From Longimicrobiales bacterium (GTDB lineage Bacteria > Gemmatimonadota > Gemmatimonadetes > Longimicrobiales > Gaopeijiaceae): 64,000 nt of DNA. Each line of letters begins with the position of its first letter. Position 1 is the stretch's first letter. The notes under the pieces are model-generated. The model saw only the letters and a list, made by a program, of their open reading frames with translations. It was not told the DNA's origin and made no database searches. The translations under genes and the position numbers were made by a program. The DNA is taken from contig CBDFMQ010000002.1 in the NCBI GenBank assembly GCA_965249725.1, positions 2,752,001 to 2,816,000 on the forward strand. The letters are read 5' to 3'. Positions 27,842 through 37,703 of the stretch are shown here, in pieces.

Positions 27842-28834
27842 GTGGGTATACAACCCGACTCAGAGCCTCTCGTGACCGAGGAGATCAACGAGGAGATCGA
27901 AGAGCCGACGGCAGCGGCCCCAGGTGGACAGCCGGGTTCGGGTGGGCCGGAGGCTTCAGGTGCGCAGCCGGCCTCGAGCAAGGCCCGGGCACTCTATGAA
28001 CTCACGAAGCCCGGCATTGCCGGTTACGTGATGATCACCGCCGGCGTGAGCTACTACGTCGCCGCCCGAGGTCAGGCCGAGTTCCTTCCCGTGACCCACA
28101 CGCTGGTAGGGGTCGCTCTCGGGACCGCCGGGGCTCTGGCGCTGAACCAGTACGTCGAGCGCGAGGTGGACGGGATCATGAAGCGTACGCAGACGCGTCC
28201 ACTTCCCTCGGGCCGACTCGCACCCCTCGAGGCGTTGGCCTTCGGTTGGGGGCTGCTGCTGGTGGGCCTGATCTACTTGGGCCTGACGGTGGGATGGCTC
28301 CCGTCCGTGCTCACGGCCGCCTCGGCGGCAGCGTACATCCTGGCCTACACGCCACTCAAGACGCGCTCCTACCTGGCCACCCTCGTGGGCGCCGTGCCGG
28401 GAGCCTTCCCGACTCTGATCGGTTGGAGCGCGGCCACCGGCACCGTGGAGTTCGGGGGCGTCGTGCTCTTCTGCATCGCGTTCCTGTGGCAACTCCCGCA
28501 CGTGTTGGGTCTGGCTTGGCTCTTACGTGAGGACTATGCCCGGGTAGGCTTCTTCCTCAGCCCTCCCACGGATCCCAAGGGGGTTCGTATCGGCAAGCAC
28601 ATGGTGTACCACTCGGTCTCTCTCCTCATGATCAGCGCACTGCCTACTTTCCTGGGGATGACCGGATGGATCTACCTGGCCGGAGCCGTCGTCCTGGGAC
28701 TGATCACGTTGGGTTTTTCCGTGGCAGCGGCCGTCGAGATGTCACGTACCCGGGCTCGCAAAGTCTTTCTCTGGTCTCTGATCTATCAGCCGGCGCTTCT
28801 GACCCTGCTTCTGATAGACACCGTCCGCATCTGA
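27842..28834 (+). CDS. ctaB: Protoheme IX farnesyltransferase (heme o synthase)
   Basis: LTKP, NQYVERE.D..MKRTQTRPLPSG, YTPLK, LWQLPH, EDY. Confidence 0.93.
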   Translation: MGIQPDSEPLVTEEINEEIEEPTAAAPGGQPGSGGPEASGAQPASSKARALYELTKPGIAGYVMITAGVSYYVAARGQAEFLPVTHTLVGVALGTAGALALNQYVEREVDGIMKRTQTRPLPSGRLAPLEALAFGWGLLLVGLIYLGLTVGWLPSVLTAASAAAYILAYTPLKTRSYLATLVGAVPGAFPTLIGWSAATGTVEFGGVVLFCIAFLWQLPHVLGLAWLLREDYARVGFFLSPPTDPKGVRIGKHMVYHSVSLLMISALPTFLGMTGWIYLAGAVVLGLITLGFSVAAAVEMSRTRARKVFLWSLIYQPALLTLLLIDTVRI

Positions 28835-28857
28835 CAATCAGGACATGGAGCGCAGTC

Positions 28858-30054
28858 ATGATCACACACAGAGCACTCTTCTTCGTCGCGCTTTCCCTCC
28901 TCGCTCTGGCGCCTGACGCCGAAAGCCAGGACCGACCCCGGGCCCGCGATCTCGGCATGACGGTGGGCGTCCTCGCGCCGGGACCGCTGAACGCCATCAC
29001 CGACGTAGAGGGCGTCCTGGTGGGTCAGGTGACGGTGACCGAAGGGGATCGCGTCAACACGGGAGTCACTGCCATCCTGCCCCACGGTGGCAGTCTGTAC
29101 CACGATCGAGTGCCGGCGGCCATGTACGTGGGGAACGGGTTTGGCAAGCTCCTGGGAGTGACTCAGGTCCGGGAGTTGGGTGAGCTCGAGACGCCGGTTC
29201 TACTGACCTGCACGCTCTGTGTGTGGAAGGCCGCCGACGCGATGGTGGAATGGGCGCTCGAGCAGCCGGGCATGGAACGCGTGGGGTCGTTGAATGCGGT
29301 GGTGGGCGAGACCAATGACGGAGGGCTCAACGACATTCGGAACCGCCCCATCGCGCCGGCCCACGTCCGCGAGGCGATCGAGTCCGCCAGCAGCGGTCCG
29401 GTCGAGGAGGGTTCTGTCGGGGCCGGTCGAGGTACGCGCGCATTTGGATGGAAGGGCGGGATCGGAACGAGCAGTCGTCTCCTCCCGGAGAGCCTGGGCG
29501 GCTTCACCGTGGGAGTGCTGGTCCAGTCGAACTTCGGAGGCATCCTCACCATGGCCGGAGCCCCGATCGGGCAGGAGCTCGGGCGGTATTCCTTCCGAAA
29601 CGCCATCGAGGGTGATGCCGAGGACCAGGGAGCCGATGCCGGCGGTGAGAGCGAGTGGACCGACGAGGACGAAGGCCAAGGATCCATCATGATGGTCGTG
29701 GCGACCGATGCCCCCCTCTCTCCCCTCAAGCTGGAGCGACTCGCCAAGCGAGCCATCATGGGTCTGGCCCGCACCGGGTCGTTCGCGGGGAACGGATCAG
29801 GCGACTACGTCATCGCGTTTTCAACGGCCGAAGGAGTTCGTCGCCAACCCGGTGAGGACTGGACGGAGTCGGTCGAAGTGACCAACGATCGGATCTCGGC
29901 CCTGTTCGAGGGGGCTGCAGAAGCCACGCAAGAAGCGATCTACAACTCGCTCCTCAAGGCGACGACGGTGTCGGGGATGGGACGCACGGTCGACGCGATC
30001 GATGTGGACGAGGTAGTGCGGGTGCTGAGGGAGTACAACGTGATCCGTCCCTGA
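28858..30054 (+). CDS. dmpA: DmpA/P1 family aminopeptidase with signal peptide
   Basis: RARDLG, NAITDV, NGFGK, ETNDG.LND, GWKGGIGTSSR, autoproteolytic G|SI, GSGDY. Confidence 0.88.
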   Translation: MITHRALFFVALSLLALAPDAESQDRPRARDLGMTVGVLAPGPLNAITDVEGVLVGQVTVTEGDRVNTGVTAILPHGGSLYHDRVPAAMYVGNGFGKLLGVTQVRELGELETPVLLTCTLCVWKAADAMVEWALEQPGMERVGSLNAVVGETNDGGLNDIRNRPIAPAHVREAIESASSGPVEEGSVGAGRGTRAFGWKGGIGTSSRLLPESLGGFTVGVLVQSNFGGILTMAGAPIGQELGRYSFRNAIEGDAEDQGADAGGESEWTDEDEGQGSIMMVVATDAPLSPLKLERLAKRAIMGLARTGSFAGNGSGDYVIAFSTAEGVRRQPGEDWTESVEVTNDRISALFEGAAEATQEAIYNSLLKATTVSGMGRTVDAIDVDEVVRVLREYNVIRP

Positions 30055-30067
30055 CGGCACGCCTATA

Positions 30068-30109
30068 TCGGTCCTACCTCGGTCCTACTCGGTCCTACTC
30101 GGTCCTGAC
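30068..30109. repeat. Tandem repeat (TCGGTCCTAC) x4, imperfect
   Basis: tcggtcctacc tcggtcctac tcggtcctac tcggtcctgac, between convergent genes. Confidence 0.9.
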
Positions 30110-31714
30110 TCAGTCGCCCAGGAACACCGCCCGGGCGTCGTAGATCTCGTCTTCTTCGCGCAGAGCCGCGAGGATGCTCGATCCGACATTGCCGTCCACG
30201 GTGACAGCCGCCATGGCCTCACCGCCCTCGTCCTGACGGGCCTGCATGTACTCGGCAATGTTCAGTCCGTGGGTACCGAGGAGAGTGCCGACCTTCCCGA
30301 TGACGCCTGGAACGTCTTTGTTGCGGAGCACGACCAGGCACCCCTCGGGCTTCACACTCAACGCGAATCCGTCGATCTGGACGATACGCGGGTGGAGCTG
30401 ATCTCCGAGCAGGGCACCGCAGACCCTGACCTGGTCCCGCTCCGTCTCGAGCACGATCTCCAGATACTCCGAGTAGTCAGGACGCGCTTCAACGAGCTTG
30501 GTCCCGACCGCGATGTTCCTCGACTCGGCCAAGTGGAGCGCGTTGACGAAGTTGACGTTCCGCCGTCCCACGACGGGCGTTAGAAGCCCGGTCATCACTG
30601 CCGCTGACAGCGGATGAAGAATCTCATCCGTCTCGGCCGCCAGTTTGATGTCGACCCGGCGCATGCCTCCCCAACCAAGAATGGCCGCAAGCCGCCCGAT
30701 CTTCCGAGCGAGGTCGAGAAGTGGCCGGAGCACCTTGAGGTCCTCGCCCCCGATCGCGGGCGCGTTGAGCGCCCGGGACAGATCGCCCTCGAGGAGCGCC
30801 GCGCGGACCCCCTTGGCAATCTCGGACGCCACCAACTCCTGCGCCTCCGCCGTGGAGGCTCCTAGATGCGGTGTCAACACGAGGTTCGGGGCGCCCCGCA
30901 GAGGGCTACCCTCGGGAAGAGGCTCTACGTCGTAGACGTCGAGCGCTGCGCCGGCGATCTCCTCAGCCTCGAGGGCCTCCACGAGCGCGTCCTCATCCAC
31001 CACTCCACCTCGGGCTGCGTTGATCAGAATGGCCGTGGGCTTCATGGACTGCAGTTCCCTTAGGCCGATCATCCCCTCAGTGGCCGGTGTCAGGGGCACG
31101 TGGAGGGACACCACATCGGCCTGTGACAGCGCCTCGGCGAGCCCGACTCGCTCGACTTCGAGCTCCAGGGCCCGCTCCTCCGTGAGATAGGGATCGTGAG
31201 CGATGGTCCGCATGCCGAACGCCTGAGCCCGATTGGCGACCTCGGCGCCGATGCGACCCGCTCCCACGAGCGCGAGCGTCTTGCCTCGAAGCTCCATGCC
31301 CCCGAAGCGCGAGCGGGCCCACTCGCCACTCCGTACGGAGTGGTCGGCCGGGGCCACCTTGCGAGCCACCGCCAACATGAGCGCCATGACCAGCTCGGCC
31401 GCAGACACTGTGTTGCCCTCGGGCGCGTTGATGACGGGGATGCCCTGCTCGGTAGCCACCTCGAGATCGATGTTATCCACACCGACGCCGGCCCGGCCCA
31501 CGACCCGCAAGTTGGGCGACGCCTGCAAGAGCTCACGCGTAACCTTGGTGACACTCCGCACGATCAGGCCGTGCGCACGTGCCATGGCCTCGTGCAGTTG
31601 CTCGGTCTCCCACCCGTTCGCCAGCACGACTTCAAAACGGTCGTCCCCCGTCAGGGGCGCGAGCCCGGAAGCGGAGATCTTGTCGGCCGCGACCACCACC
31701 AGCTTGTCTCTCAT
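30110..31714 (-). CDS. serA: D-3-phosphoglycerate dehydrogenase
   Basis: GRAGVGVDNID, GAGRIG, NAARG, TPHLGAST.EAQ, ASB plus ACT (DVPGVIG). Confidence 0.95.
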   Translation of the reverse strand: MRDKLVVVAADKISASGLAPLTGDDRFEVVLANGWETEQLHEAMARAHGLIVRSVTKVTRELLQASPNLRVVGRAGVGVDNIDLEVATEQGIPVINAPEGNTVSAAELVMALMLAVARKVAPADHSVRSGEWARSRFGGMELRGKTLALVGAGRIGAEVANRAQAFGMRTIAHDPYLTEERALELEVERVGLAEALSQADVVSLHVPLTPATEGMIGLRELQSMKPTAILINAARGGVVDEDALVEALEAEEIAGAALDVYDVEPLPEGSPLRGAPNLVLTPHLGASTAEAQELVASEIAKGVRAALLEGDLSRALNAPAIGGEDLKVLRPLLDLARKIGRLAAILGWGGMRRVDIKLAAETDEILHPLSAAVMTGLLTPVVGRRNVNFVNALHLAESRNIAVGTKLVEARPDYSEYLEIVLETERDQVRVCGALLGDQLHPRIVQIDGFALSVKPEGCLVVLRNKDVPGVIGKVGTLLGTHGLNIAEYMQARQDEGGEAMAAVTVDGNVGSSILAALREEDEIYDARAVFLGD

Positions 31715-32823
31715 GTGAGTACCTCTTCGAGCGCCCCTAACACGGCCTCGAGTTCCGCCAGCGTATGATCGCCCATGTGTCCGATCCTGAAAGTGGTGCT
31801 CTTGAGCTTCCCGTATCCACCACCGATGACGAAACCACGCTCCTTCATGGCGGAAACCACGAAGGGGCCCTCAACGCCGTCGGGGAGCGCTATGCACGTC
31901 ACCGTAGGCGAACGCTCGCCCTCGGCCGCGAGGACGGAAAGAGCGACGCCGTGCTCGTCTCGCATGGTGTTCACCCACTGTGCACACCGCTCGGCCATGG
32001 TACGGTGGCGCGCCCATCGACTTACCATTCCCTCCGCGCCGATACGCCGGAGCTGCTCTGCCAACGCGTAGAAGAGAGACACCGCAGGTGTGTTGGGCGT
32101 CTGGAGATTGTCGAGCTGCTTCGCGAAGAGCTGCAGATCGAAGTAGACGCCTTTGCTGGAAGCCACGTGCGAGCGGTCCATGAGCCTCTCCGAGGCTACC
32201 CCGAAGGCCAATCCAGGCGGCAGAGCCAGCGCCTTCTGCGATCCCGTCAGCACGAAGTCCAGTTGCCAATCGTCGGTCTGGACCTCCACCCCTCCCACCC
32301 CGGTCACCGAGTCCACGAGGAGCATCACATCGTCGCTTTCGCGAACGGCCTCGGAGATCTGACGAAGGGGATTCAAGGCACCGGTCGACGTCTCCGAGTG
32401 GACGACCGTGACCGCATCGTAGTCGCCATTGGTCAGTCGCTCCCGAACTGCATCAGGCGAGATGGTTTGGCCCCACTCGACCTTGAGCGTGTCGACCTCG
32501 AATCCGCACGCACCAGCGATATCCCCGTACCGCTCACTGAACGCCCCGTTCACGAGGTTCAGTACTCGGGACCGGGCTCCGTTCCGAAGCGAAGCCTCCA
32601 TGAGTCCGGTCGCCGACGACGTTGAAATCAGCACGGGACTGGTGGTGCAGAACACGTCCTTGAGGCCGGTCTGCAGATCACCCATGAGTTTCTTGATCGC
32701 GGGCCCGCGGTGGCCGACAACGGGTCGCACCTGAGCCTGGAGCACGTCGGGATGCACTTCGGTGGGGCCGGGCAGAAAAAACCGGCCGAAAGGTGGGACG
32801 TCCTCCGGGGGCGGCGGCTCCAC
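31711..32823 (-). CDS. Class V PLP aminotransferase (AGT/SerC-like)
   Basis: PGPT, HSETSTG, VDSVT, GSQKALALPPG, FRIGHMG. GTG 32823 with AGGAGA RBS. Overlaps the serA start. Confidence 0.9.
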   Translation of the reverse strand: MEPPPPEDVPPFGRFFLPGPTEVHPDVLQAQVRPVVGHRGPAIKKLMGDLQTGLKDVFCTTSPVLISTSSATGLMEASLRNGARSRVLNLVNGAFSERYGDIAGACGFEVDTLKVEWGQTISPDAVRERLTNGDYDAVTVVHSETSTGALNPLRQISEAVRESDDVMLLVDSVTGVGGVEVQTDDWQLDFVLTGSQKALALPPGLAFGVASERLMDRSHVASSKGVYFDLQLFAKQLDNLQTPNTPAVSLFYALAEQLRRIGAEGMVSRWARHRTMAERCAQWVNTMRDEHGVALSVLAAEGERSPTVTCIALPDGVEGPFVVSAMKERGFVIGGGYGKLKSTTFRIGHMGDHTLAELEAVLGALEEVLT

Positions 32824-32953
32824 TTTTTGTCTCCTCACAACGTGACTCGAGCACGGTGTTGCCGGGCGGGGCGCGGGTCCGGTCCGTAGCCGTCCCGCCG
32901 AGTTGGACCGGCGCAAGATAACGCCTGCAGTGACGCTGGAAAGACCCGCGAGT

Positions 32954-33460
32954 TCAACGCCACGACTGCTCCCACCGGATGTACTCGACCGCGGTGACTC
33001 CACCACGCGCCAAGACCTCCAGGCCCGCAGGATCGCGGTAGGCCTGTCGGTAGAACACGTAGGCGACATTGGCCTGGATCATGAGCTTGGCGCAGGCAGA
33101 GCATGGGCTGGCCGTCACGAAGGCGACCTTGCCCCTCAGGGCACCCGGGGACTTGACCAGGGCGTTCTGCTCGGAATGGATGCAGCCGCAGCTTCCCGGC
33201 GTAGGGCTGTCGCAGCGATTCGGGAATCCCCGAGCGTTTCCGTTGTATCCGATGGCCACCACATGCTCGAGGTGCTCGTCGGTAATCACTGTACCGACCT
33301 GGAGCCTCGCACACGTACTGCGCTTGGCAAGCTCCTCGGCCATCCGCATGTAGACCTCGTACAGCGGAGGGCGGACGACGGAGGCCTCCTCGACCGGGTC
33401 GACACCGACATTCAGCGGGTGTGTGTTCGCCGGAACGAGGTCTTTAGGGAAGGTGAGCAT
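32954..33460 (-). CDS. dCMP deaminase / ComEB family Zn deaminase
   Basis: RSTC.RLQVG, GYNG, HSEQNA, SPCSAC. Confidence 0.88.
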   Translation of the reverse strand: MLTFPKDLVPANTHPLNVGVDPVEEASVVRPPLYEVYMRMAEELAKRSTCARLQVGTVITDEHLEHVVAIGYNGNARGFPNRCDSPTPGSCGCIHSEQNALVKSPGALRGKVAFVTASPCSACAKLMIQANVAYVFYRQAYRDPAGLEVLARGGVTAVEYIRWEQSWR

Positions 33461-33466
33461 CGGCCC

Positions 33467-33985
33467 TCAAGCGGCTGGCTCCATCAGATCGAAGATCTCT
33501 CTGAGCATGGTCTGTCCACGGTCCTTGGCATAGTAGCGCCGAACCTGCTTGTAGCGCTCGGCCGAAGGCATCGAGAGCCCTTCCCCTACGAACCACTCCT
33601 GCAAAGGGCCTGGCCTGGGACCCCACCACCCCTGCTCGACGAAGTCGTCGTCCAGCAGCAACACCACCGGGATCGATCGGCTCCGGCCGCCCGTCAGATG
33701 AGCGTCCATCAGGTCGGGGTTTTCGTCGCGAGAGAGAACCCGAAGGTCGAGACCCGAGACCTCTTCCGTAAGACGAGCCAAGACGGGCAGCAGGTTGACC
33801 GCATCGCCGCACCAGTCCTCGGAGAGGGCCAACAGGTGCCACGCTCCGGGAATCCGGCGGGCCTCCTCCAATATCTCCGGCGAGATAGACGCCCGCTCAT
33901 AGATGGCGTGCCAGAGCTCCCTGTTCTTCACCACCGAATCCAAGTAGGACCGGAAGTCCCCAGCGGCGAAGTAACGCTCTCTCAT
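33467..33985 (-). CDS. Thioredoxin-like protein (WCGD, monothiol)
   Basis: SEDWCGDA, RD...LMD.HLT.G.RSIP, WGPRP. Start trimmed to avoid overlap with typA. Confidence 0.82.
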   Translation of the reverse strand: MRERYFAAGDFRSYLDSVVKNRELWHAIYERASISPEILEEARRIPGAWHLLALSEDWCGDAVNLLPVLARLTEEVSGLDLRVLSRDENPDLMDAHLTGGRSRSIPVVLLLDDDFVEQGWWGPRPGPLQEWFVGEGLSMPSAERYKQVRRYYAKDRGQTMLREIFDLMEPAA

Positions 33986-34010
33986 GTTGGTCGCCAACAC
34001 AGATCTCTGA

Positions 34011-35840
34011 TCACGCCTTGTTGCGAGCTGCCTTCTTGCGGGCATGGATGTCCAGGTGCCGCTTCCGCAGACGGATGTTGTCCGGGGTGATCTCGATGAG
34101 CTCGTCGTCGTCGATGAACTCCAACGCCAGTTCCAGGGTGAGCTCCCGCGGCGTCTCGAGCCGGATATGCTCGTCCGAGGACGTGGTCCGCATGTTGGTG
34201 AGCTTCTTCCCCTTGCAGACGTTCACGTCCAGGTCGCCCGGATGCACGTGCTCGCCCACGATCATGCCGCTGTACACGACCTCGCCGGGCCCGAGGAACA
34301 TGGTGGCCCGCTCCTGGAGGTTGAAGAGCGCGAACCCCACCGAGGTCCCTTCGCGGTCCGCCACCAGCACCCCGCGCTTGCGGCCTGTCAGGGATCCCGC
34401 GTGGGGGCCGTACTCGAGGAACCGATGGTGGAGCGTGCCCTCTCCCCGTGTGTCCGTGAGAAACTCGGACCGATAGCCGAAGAGCCCCCTGGCCGGCACA
34501 CGAAAACGCAGCCGGACCGGTCCACGGTCGGTCGGCTTCATCTCGATCATCTCGCCCCGGCGCGGCCCCATCTTCTCCATGATAGGCCCGATGAACTCCT
34601 CGGGGATTTCGATGACCGCCTCCTCGAACGGCTCCAGGCGGCCTTCGGGTCCCTGCTTCTCGATGACCCGTGGCCGGGAAACCTGAAACTCAAACCCCTC
34701 ACGGCGCATGGTCTCCATGAGGATGCCCAGGTGAAGTTCGCCCCGACCCGACACGGTGAACGTGTCCGGCACTTCGGTGTCCTCCACGCGGAGCGCCACA
34801 TTCCGCTCCAACTCCTTGATGAGTCGGTCCCGGACCTGTCGTGTCGTGACGAACTTCCCTACCCGTCCCGCAAAGGGTGAGTTGTTCACCGTGAAGTCGA
34901 CCGAGAGGGTCGGCTCTTCCACAGCGATTCCGTGGAGGCGCTCCCGCGTCTCGGGATGGGTAAGCGTGGTGCCGATCTCCACACCTTCGAGACCCGCCAC
35001 CGCAACGATCTCACCGGCCGTCGCTTCCTCGATCTCGGCCCGATCCAGGCCCTCGAATCCGTAGAGCTGAGCGACTTTGCCCGGCAGCGCATCCTCGGCC
35101 GACACCTCGCCCGGCTCTCCGAGAGGCAGGAGCGTTACCGCGTCGCCGACGCGCACTTTTCCGCGCTCCACCTTTCCGATGCCGATGCGCCCGACGTAGC
35201 TCGAGTAGTCCAAGGTGGAGATCAGCATCTGGAAGGGACCGTCGGGGTCGACCAGCGGAGCCGGGATGCGCTCCGTAATCGTCTCGAACAAGGGACTCAG
35301 GTCACCACCCGAGGCCTCCGGGTCCGGGCTCGCCCATCCGTCCCGGCCTGCCGCATAAAGGAAGGGGGCATCGAGCTGAGGGTCGGACGCCTCCAGGCTC
35401 ATGAACAGCTCCAGTACCTCGTCGTGCACCTCTTCCGCGCGGGCGTCGGAGCGATCCACCTTGTTGATCAAGACGATGGGCTGCAGGCCCAACTCGAGGG
35501 CCTTTCGAGTGACGAACCTCGTTTGCGGCATGGGCCCTTCGGCCGCATCGACGAGTAGAAGCACGCCGTCCACCATGCGCAGCACCCGCTCGACCTCCCC
35601 ACCGAAGTCGGCATGGCCGGGAGTGTCGACGATGTTGAGCTTCATGTCTCCCCAGCGCACCGAAGTGTTCTTGGCCAGAATCGTGATGCCCCGCTCCCGC
35701 TCCAGAGGATTGGAGTCCATCACGCGCTCCTGGACGGTCTGGTGGTCACTGAATACGCCCGCCTGGCGCAGCATCTGATCCACCAGCGTGGTCTTGCCGT
35801 GATCCACGTGGGCGATGATGGCGACGTTCCTGATGTTCAT
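34011..35840 (-). CDS. typA: Translational GTPase TypA/BipA
   Basis: [49 protein letters not shown]. Confidence 0.97.
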   Translation of the reverse strand: MNIRNVAIIAHVDHGKTTLVDQMLRQAGVFSDHQTVQERVMDSNPLERERGITILAKNTSVRWGDMKLNIVDTPGHADFGGEVERVLRMVDGVLLLVDAAEGPMPQTRFVTRKALELGLQPIVLINKVDRSDARAEEVHDEVLELFMSLEASDPQLDAPFLYAAGRDGWASPDPEASGGDLSPLFETITERIPAPLVDPDGPFQMLISTLDYSSYVGRIGIGKVERGKVRVGDAVTLLPLGEPGEVSAEDALPGKVAQLYGFEGLDRAEIEEATAGEIVAVAGLEGVEIGTTLTHPETRERLHGIAVEEPTLSVDFTVNNSPFAGRVGKFVTTRQVRDRLIKELERNVALRVEDTEVPDTFTVSGRGELHLGILMETMRREGFEFQVSRPRVIEKQGPEGRLEPFEEAVIEIPEEFIGPIMEKMGPRRGEMIEMKPTDRGPVRLRFRVPARGLFGYRSEFLTDTRGEGTLHHRFLEYGPHAGSLTGRKRGVLVADREGTSVGFALFNLQERATMFLGPGEVVYSGMIVGEHVHPGDLDVNVCKGKKLTNMRTTSSDEHIRLETPRELTLELALEFIDDDELIEITPDNIRLRKRHLDIHARKKAARNKA

Positions 35841-35975
35841 CTGCCGACTCTGGGGAGGCGCTCGATGGAGGAGCTCGATTCTCTCGGGCGCCGGTGAGGT
35901 TTCCGATCGGTGGGACCGACCGCCTGAAAGCGGTCGATCGTCAGCCAGAAAAGGTAACGGAAAGACCTCTCGAGA

Positions 35976-36950
35976 TCAGTCTCCCAACACGTGAGAGAAG
36001 ATGAGGGGGGCTACGATGGAGGCGTCGGACTGGATGTGGAAGCGGGGTGTGTCGGCATCCAGCTTCCCCCACGTGATCTTCTCGTTCGGGGGAGCCCCGG
36101 AATAGCCACCGTATGAGGCCGGCGCATCGGTAATCTGCGCGTAGTATCCCCAGAAGGGTGTCTCCAGCTTCAGGTCCTGGAGAATGCAGGGCACCGCACA
36201 GATCGCGAAGTCCCCGGCGATGCCTCCTCCGATCTGGAAGAAACCGACCGAAGGTCCCCCCTCTGCCCCTTTGTGGGCGAGGTACCACTCCATGAGCTGC
36301 TGAAACTGCTCGGTTCCCGACTTCACGCACTGGTGGTGGGGGACCACGCCCGTCATGACGTTGGCCGCGAAGATGTTGCCGGTGGTCGAGTCTTCCCAAC
36401 CCGGGGCGTAGACCGGAATCTCCGCCTCCATGGCCGCGAGGACCCACGAATCCTCGGGATCGATCTGGTAGTGCTCCTCGAGGGCACCGTCCCGCAGAAT
36501 CTCGAAGAGGAACTCAGACGGGAGCCTGCGCTCTCCGCACTCACAGGCCTGCCGCCACCTCTCGGCGAGCCGGCCCTCCACGTGGCGCATGACGTCTTCG
36601 GGGATGCACGTGTCCGTCACGCGATTCATTCCCCTGCGGTAGAGATCCGCCTCGGCCTCAGCACTCAGAGCCCGCCAATCGGGAATGATCTCGTAGTCGT
36701 CGTGAGCGAGGAGATTGAAGACGTCCTCTTCGAGGTTGGCGCCCGTACACGAGACCGCGTGGACCTTTCCCTCTCGGATCATGCGGGCGAGGCTGACTCC
36801 CAACTCACCCGTCGACATGGCACCGGCCAGCGCCACCAGCATTCTTCCACCGGCCGCCACATGGGCGTCATAAGCCAAGGCCGCGGCGTGCGTCTCCCGA
36901 GCGTTGAAGTGCCGGTAGTGGCGTGCCATAAAGCGTCGGATGTGACCCAT
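35976..36950 (-). CDS. Deoxyhypusine synthase-like protein
   Basis: AGAMST, TGANLEED, QIGGG, GGYSGAPPNEKITWGK with the active-site Lys, SDASI. Confidence 0.9.
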   Translation of the reverse strand: MGHIRRFMARHYRHFNARETHAAALAYDAHVAAGGRMLVALAGAMSTGELGVSLARMIREGKVHAVSCTGANLEEDVFNLLAHDDYEIIPDWRALSAEAEADLYRRGMNRVTDTCIPEDVMRHVEGRLAERWRQACECGERRLPSEFLFEILRDGALEEHYQIDPEDSWVLAAMEAEIPVYAPGWEDSTTGNIFAANVMTGVVPHHQCVKSGTEQFQQLMEWYLAHKGAEGGPSVGFFQIGGGIAGDFAICAVPCILQDLKLETPFWGYYAQITDAPASYGGYSGAPPNEKITWGKLDADTPRFHIQSDASIVAPLIFSHVLGD

Positions 36951-37055
36951 TGATTGTCCTCCAAGGCGGCTCCAGAAATTGTTCTGGACTCATGCTCGGT
37001 GATGCTTGTATCGTTGTCGTAGCGTCAAGAACTGCTCCCCTGAAGAGACCAATCC

Positions 37056-37682
37056 GTGCTCGCACTCATCGCCGTGGTCGGACTCCTAGTGATGCTCCTC
37101 GTCGTGACGACGTCCGTGGCGTACCTCGTGCTGCCGCGTGGGCGGATGTGTCCCCGGTGCGGGGGCTCGACGAGCCCTGTCGTCCTCCGGAGAGGACTGC
37201 GCGCTCTGTCACGGTGGATACAGTGGCGTTGGTGCTCCCGTTGTGCATGGGAGGGCCCGGGCAGGAAGGGCCCCGAGTTGGGCATTCTCGATCCCCCGGC
37301 CGACCACGAGTCCGGCTTCCGATGGGGCCATCCGAATCTTCAGGGCGTCCCGGTCTTCTACTGGAAAGACGAGAACGAGCCGACCGAGACCTCGGGTAAG
37401 CCTCCCGTCCATCCCTCCGGGTTCGAGTGGGGTCCGGATGAACGAGCGAAGGCCGACCGACGAGGGACTGAGCGTCGTCGTCCTGAGCCTCCCGACCATC
37501 CGTCGGGCTTCCACTTCCGCACACCTGAGCATAGCGAGCCGGCCGGCTTCCAGTGGGGATCGGCTCCGAAGGCCTCGGATGACGAGGGTCAGCTCCGGCC
37601 CGCATCGCGGCGACCCTGGTATCTTGCGTGGCTCGTCGCCAAGGATGCCCCCGGCTTTCAATGGAAGGCTTCGGGGGACTAG
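37056..37682 (+). CDS. Membrane-anchored Zn-ribbon protein with repeated GFxW motifs
   Basis: N-terminal TM, CPRC...CSRC, and five (H-P-S)-G-F-x-W/F motifs in a Pro/charged tail. Confidence 0.72.
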   Translation: MLALIAVVGLLVMLLVVTTSVAYLVLPRGRMCPRCGGSTSPVVLRRGLRALSRWIQWRWCSRCAWEGPGRKGPELGILDPPADHESGFRWGHPNLQGVPVFYWKDENEPTETSGKPPVHPSGFEWGPDERAKADRRGTERRRPEPPDHPSGFHFRTPEHSEPAGFQWGSAPKASDDEGQLRPASRRPWYLAWLVAKDAPGFQWKASGD

Positions 37683-37703
37683 GAACCGAGCCCCACCGAT
37701 AGA

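Noticed and set aside
30068..30109. Possible CRISPR array
   Set aside because: 10-bp units with no spacers, and no cas genes in the window.
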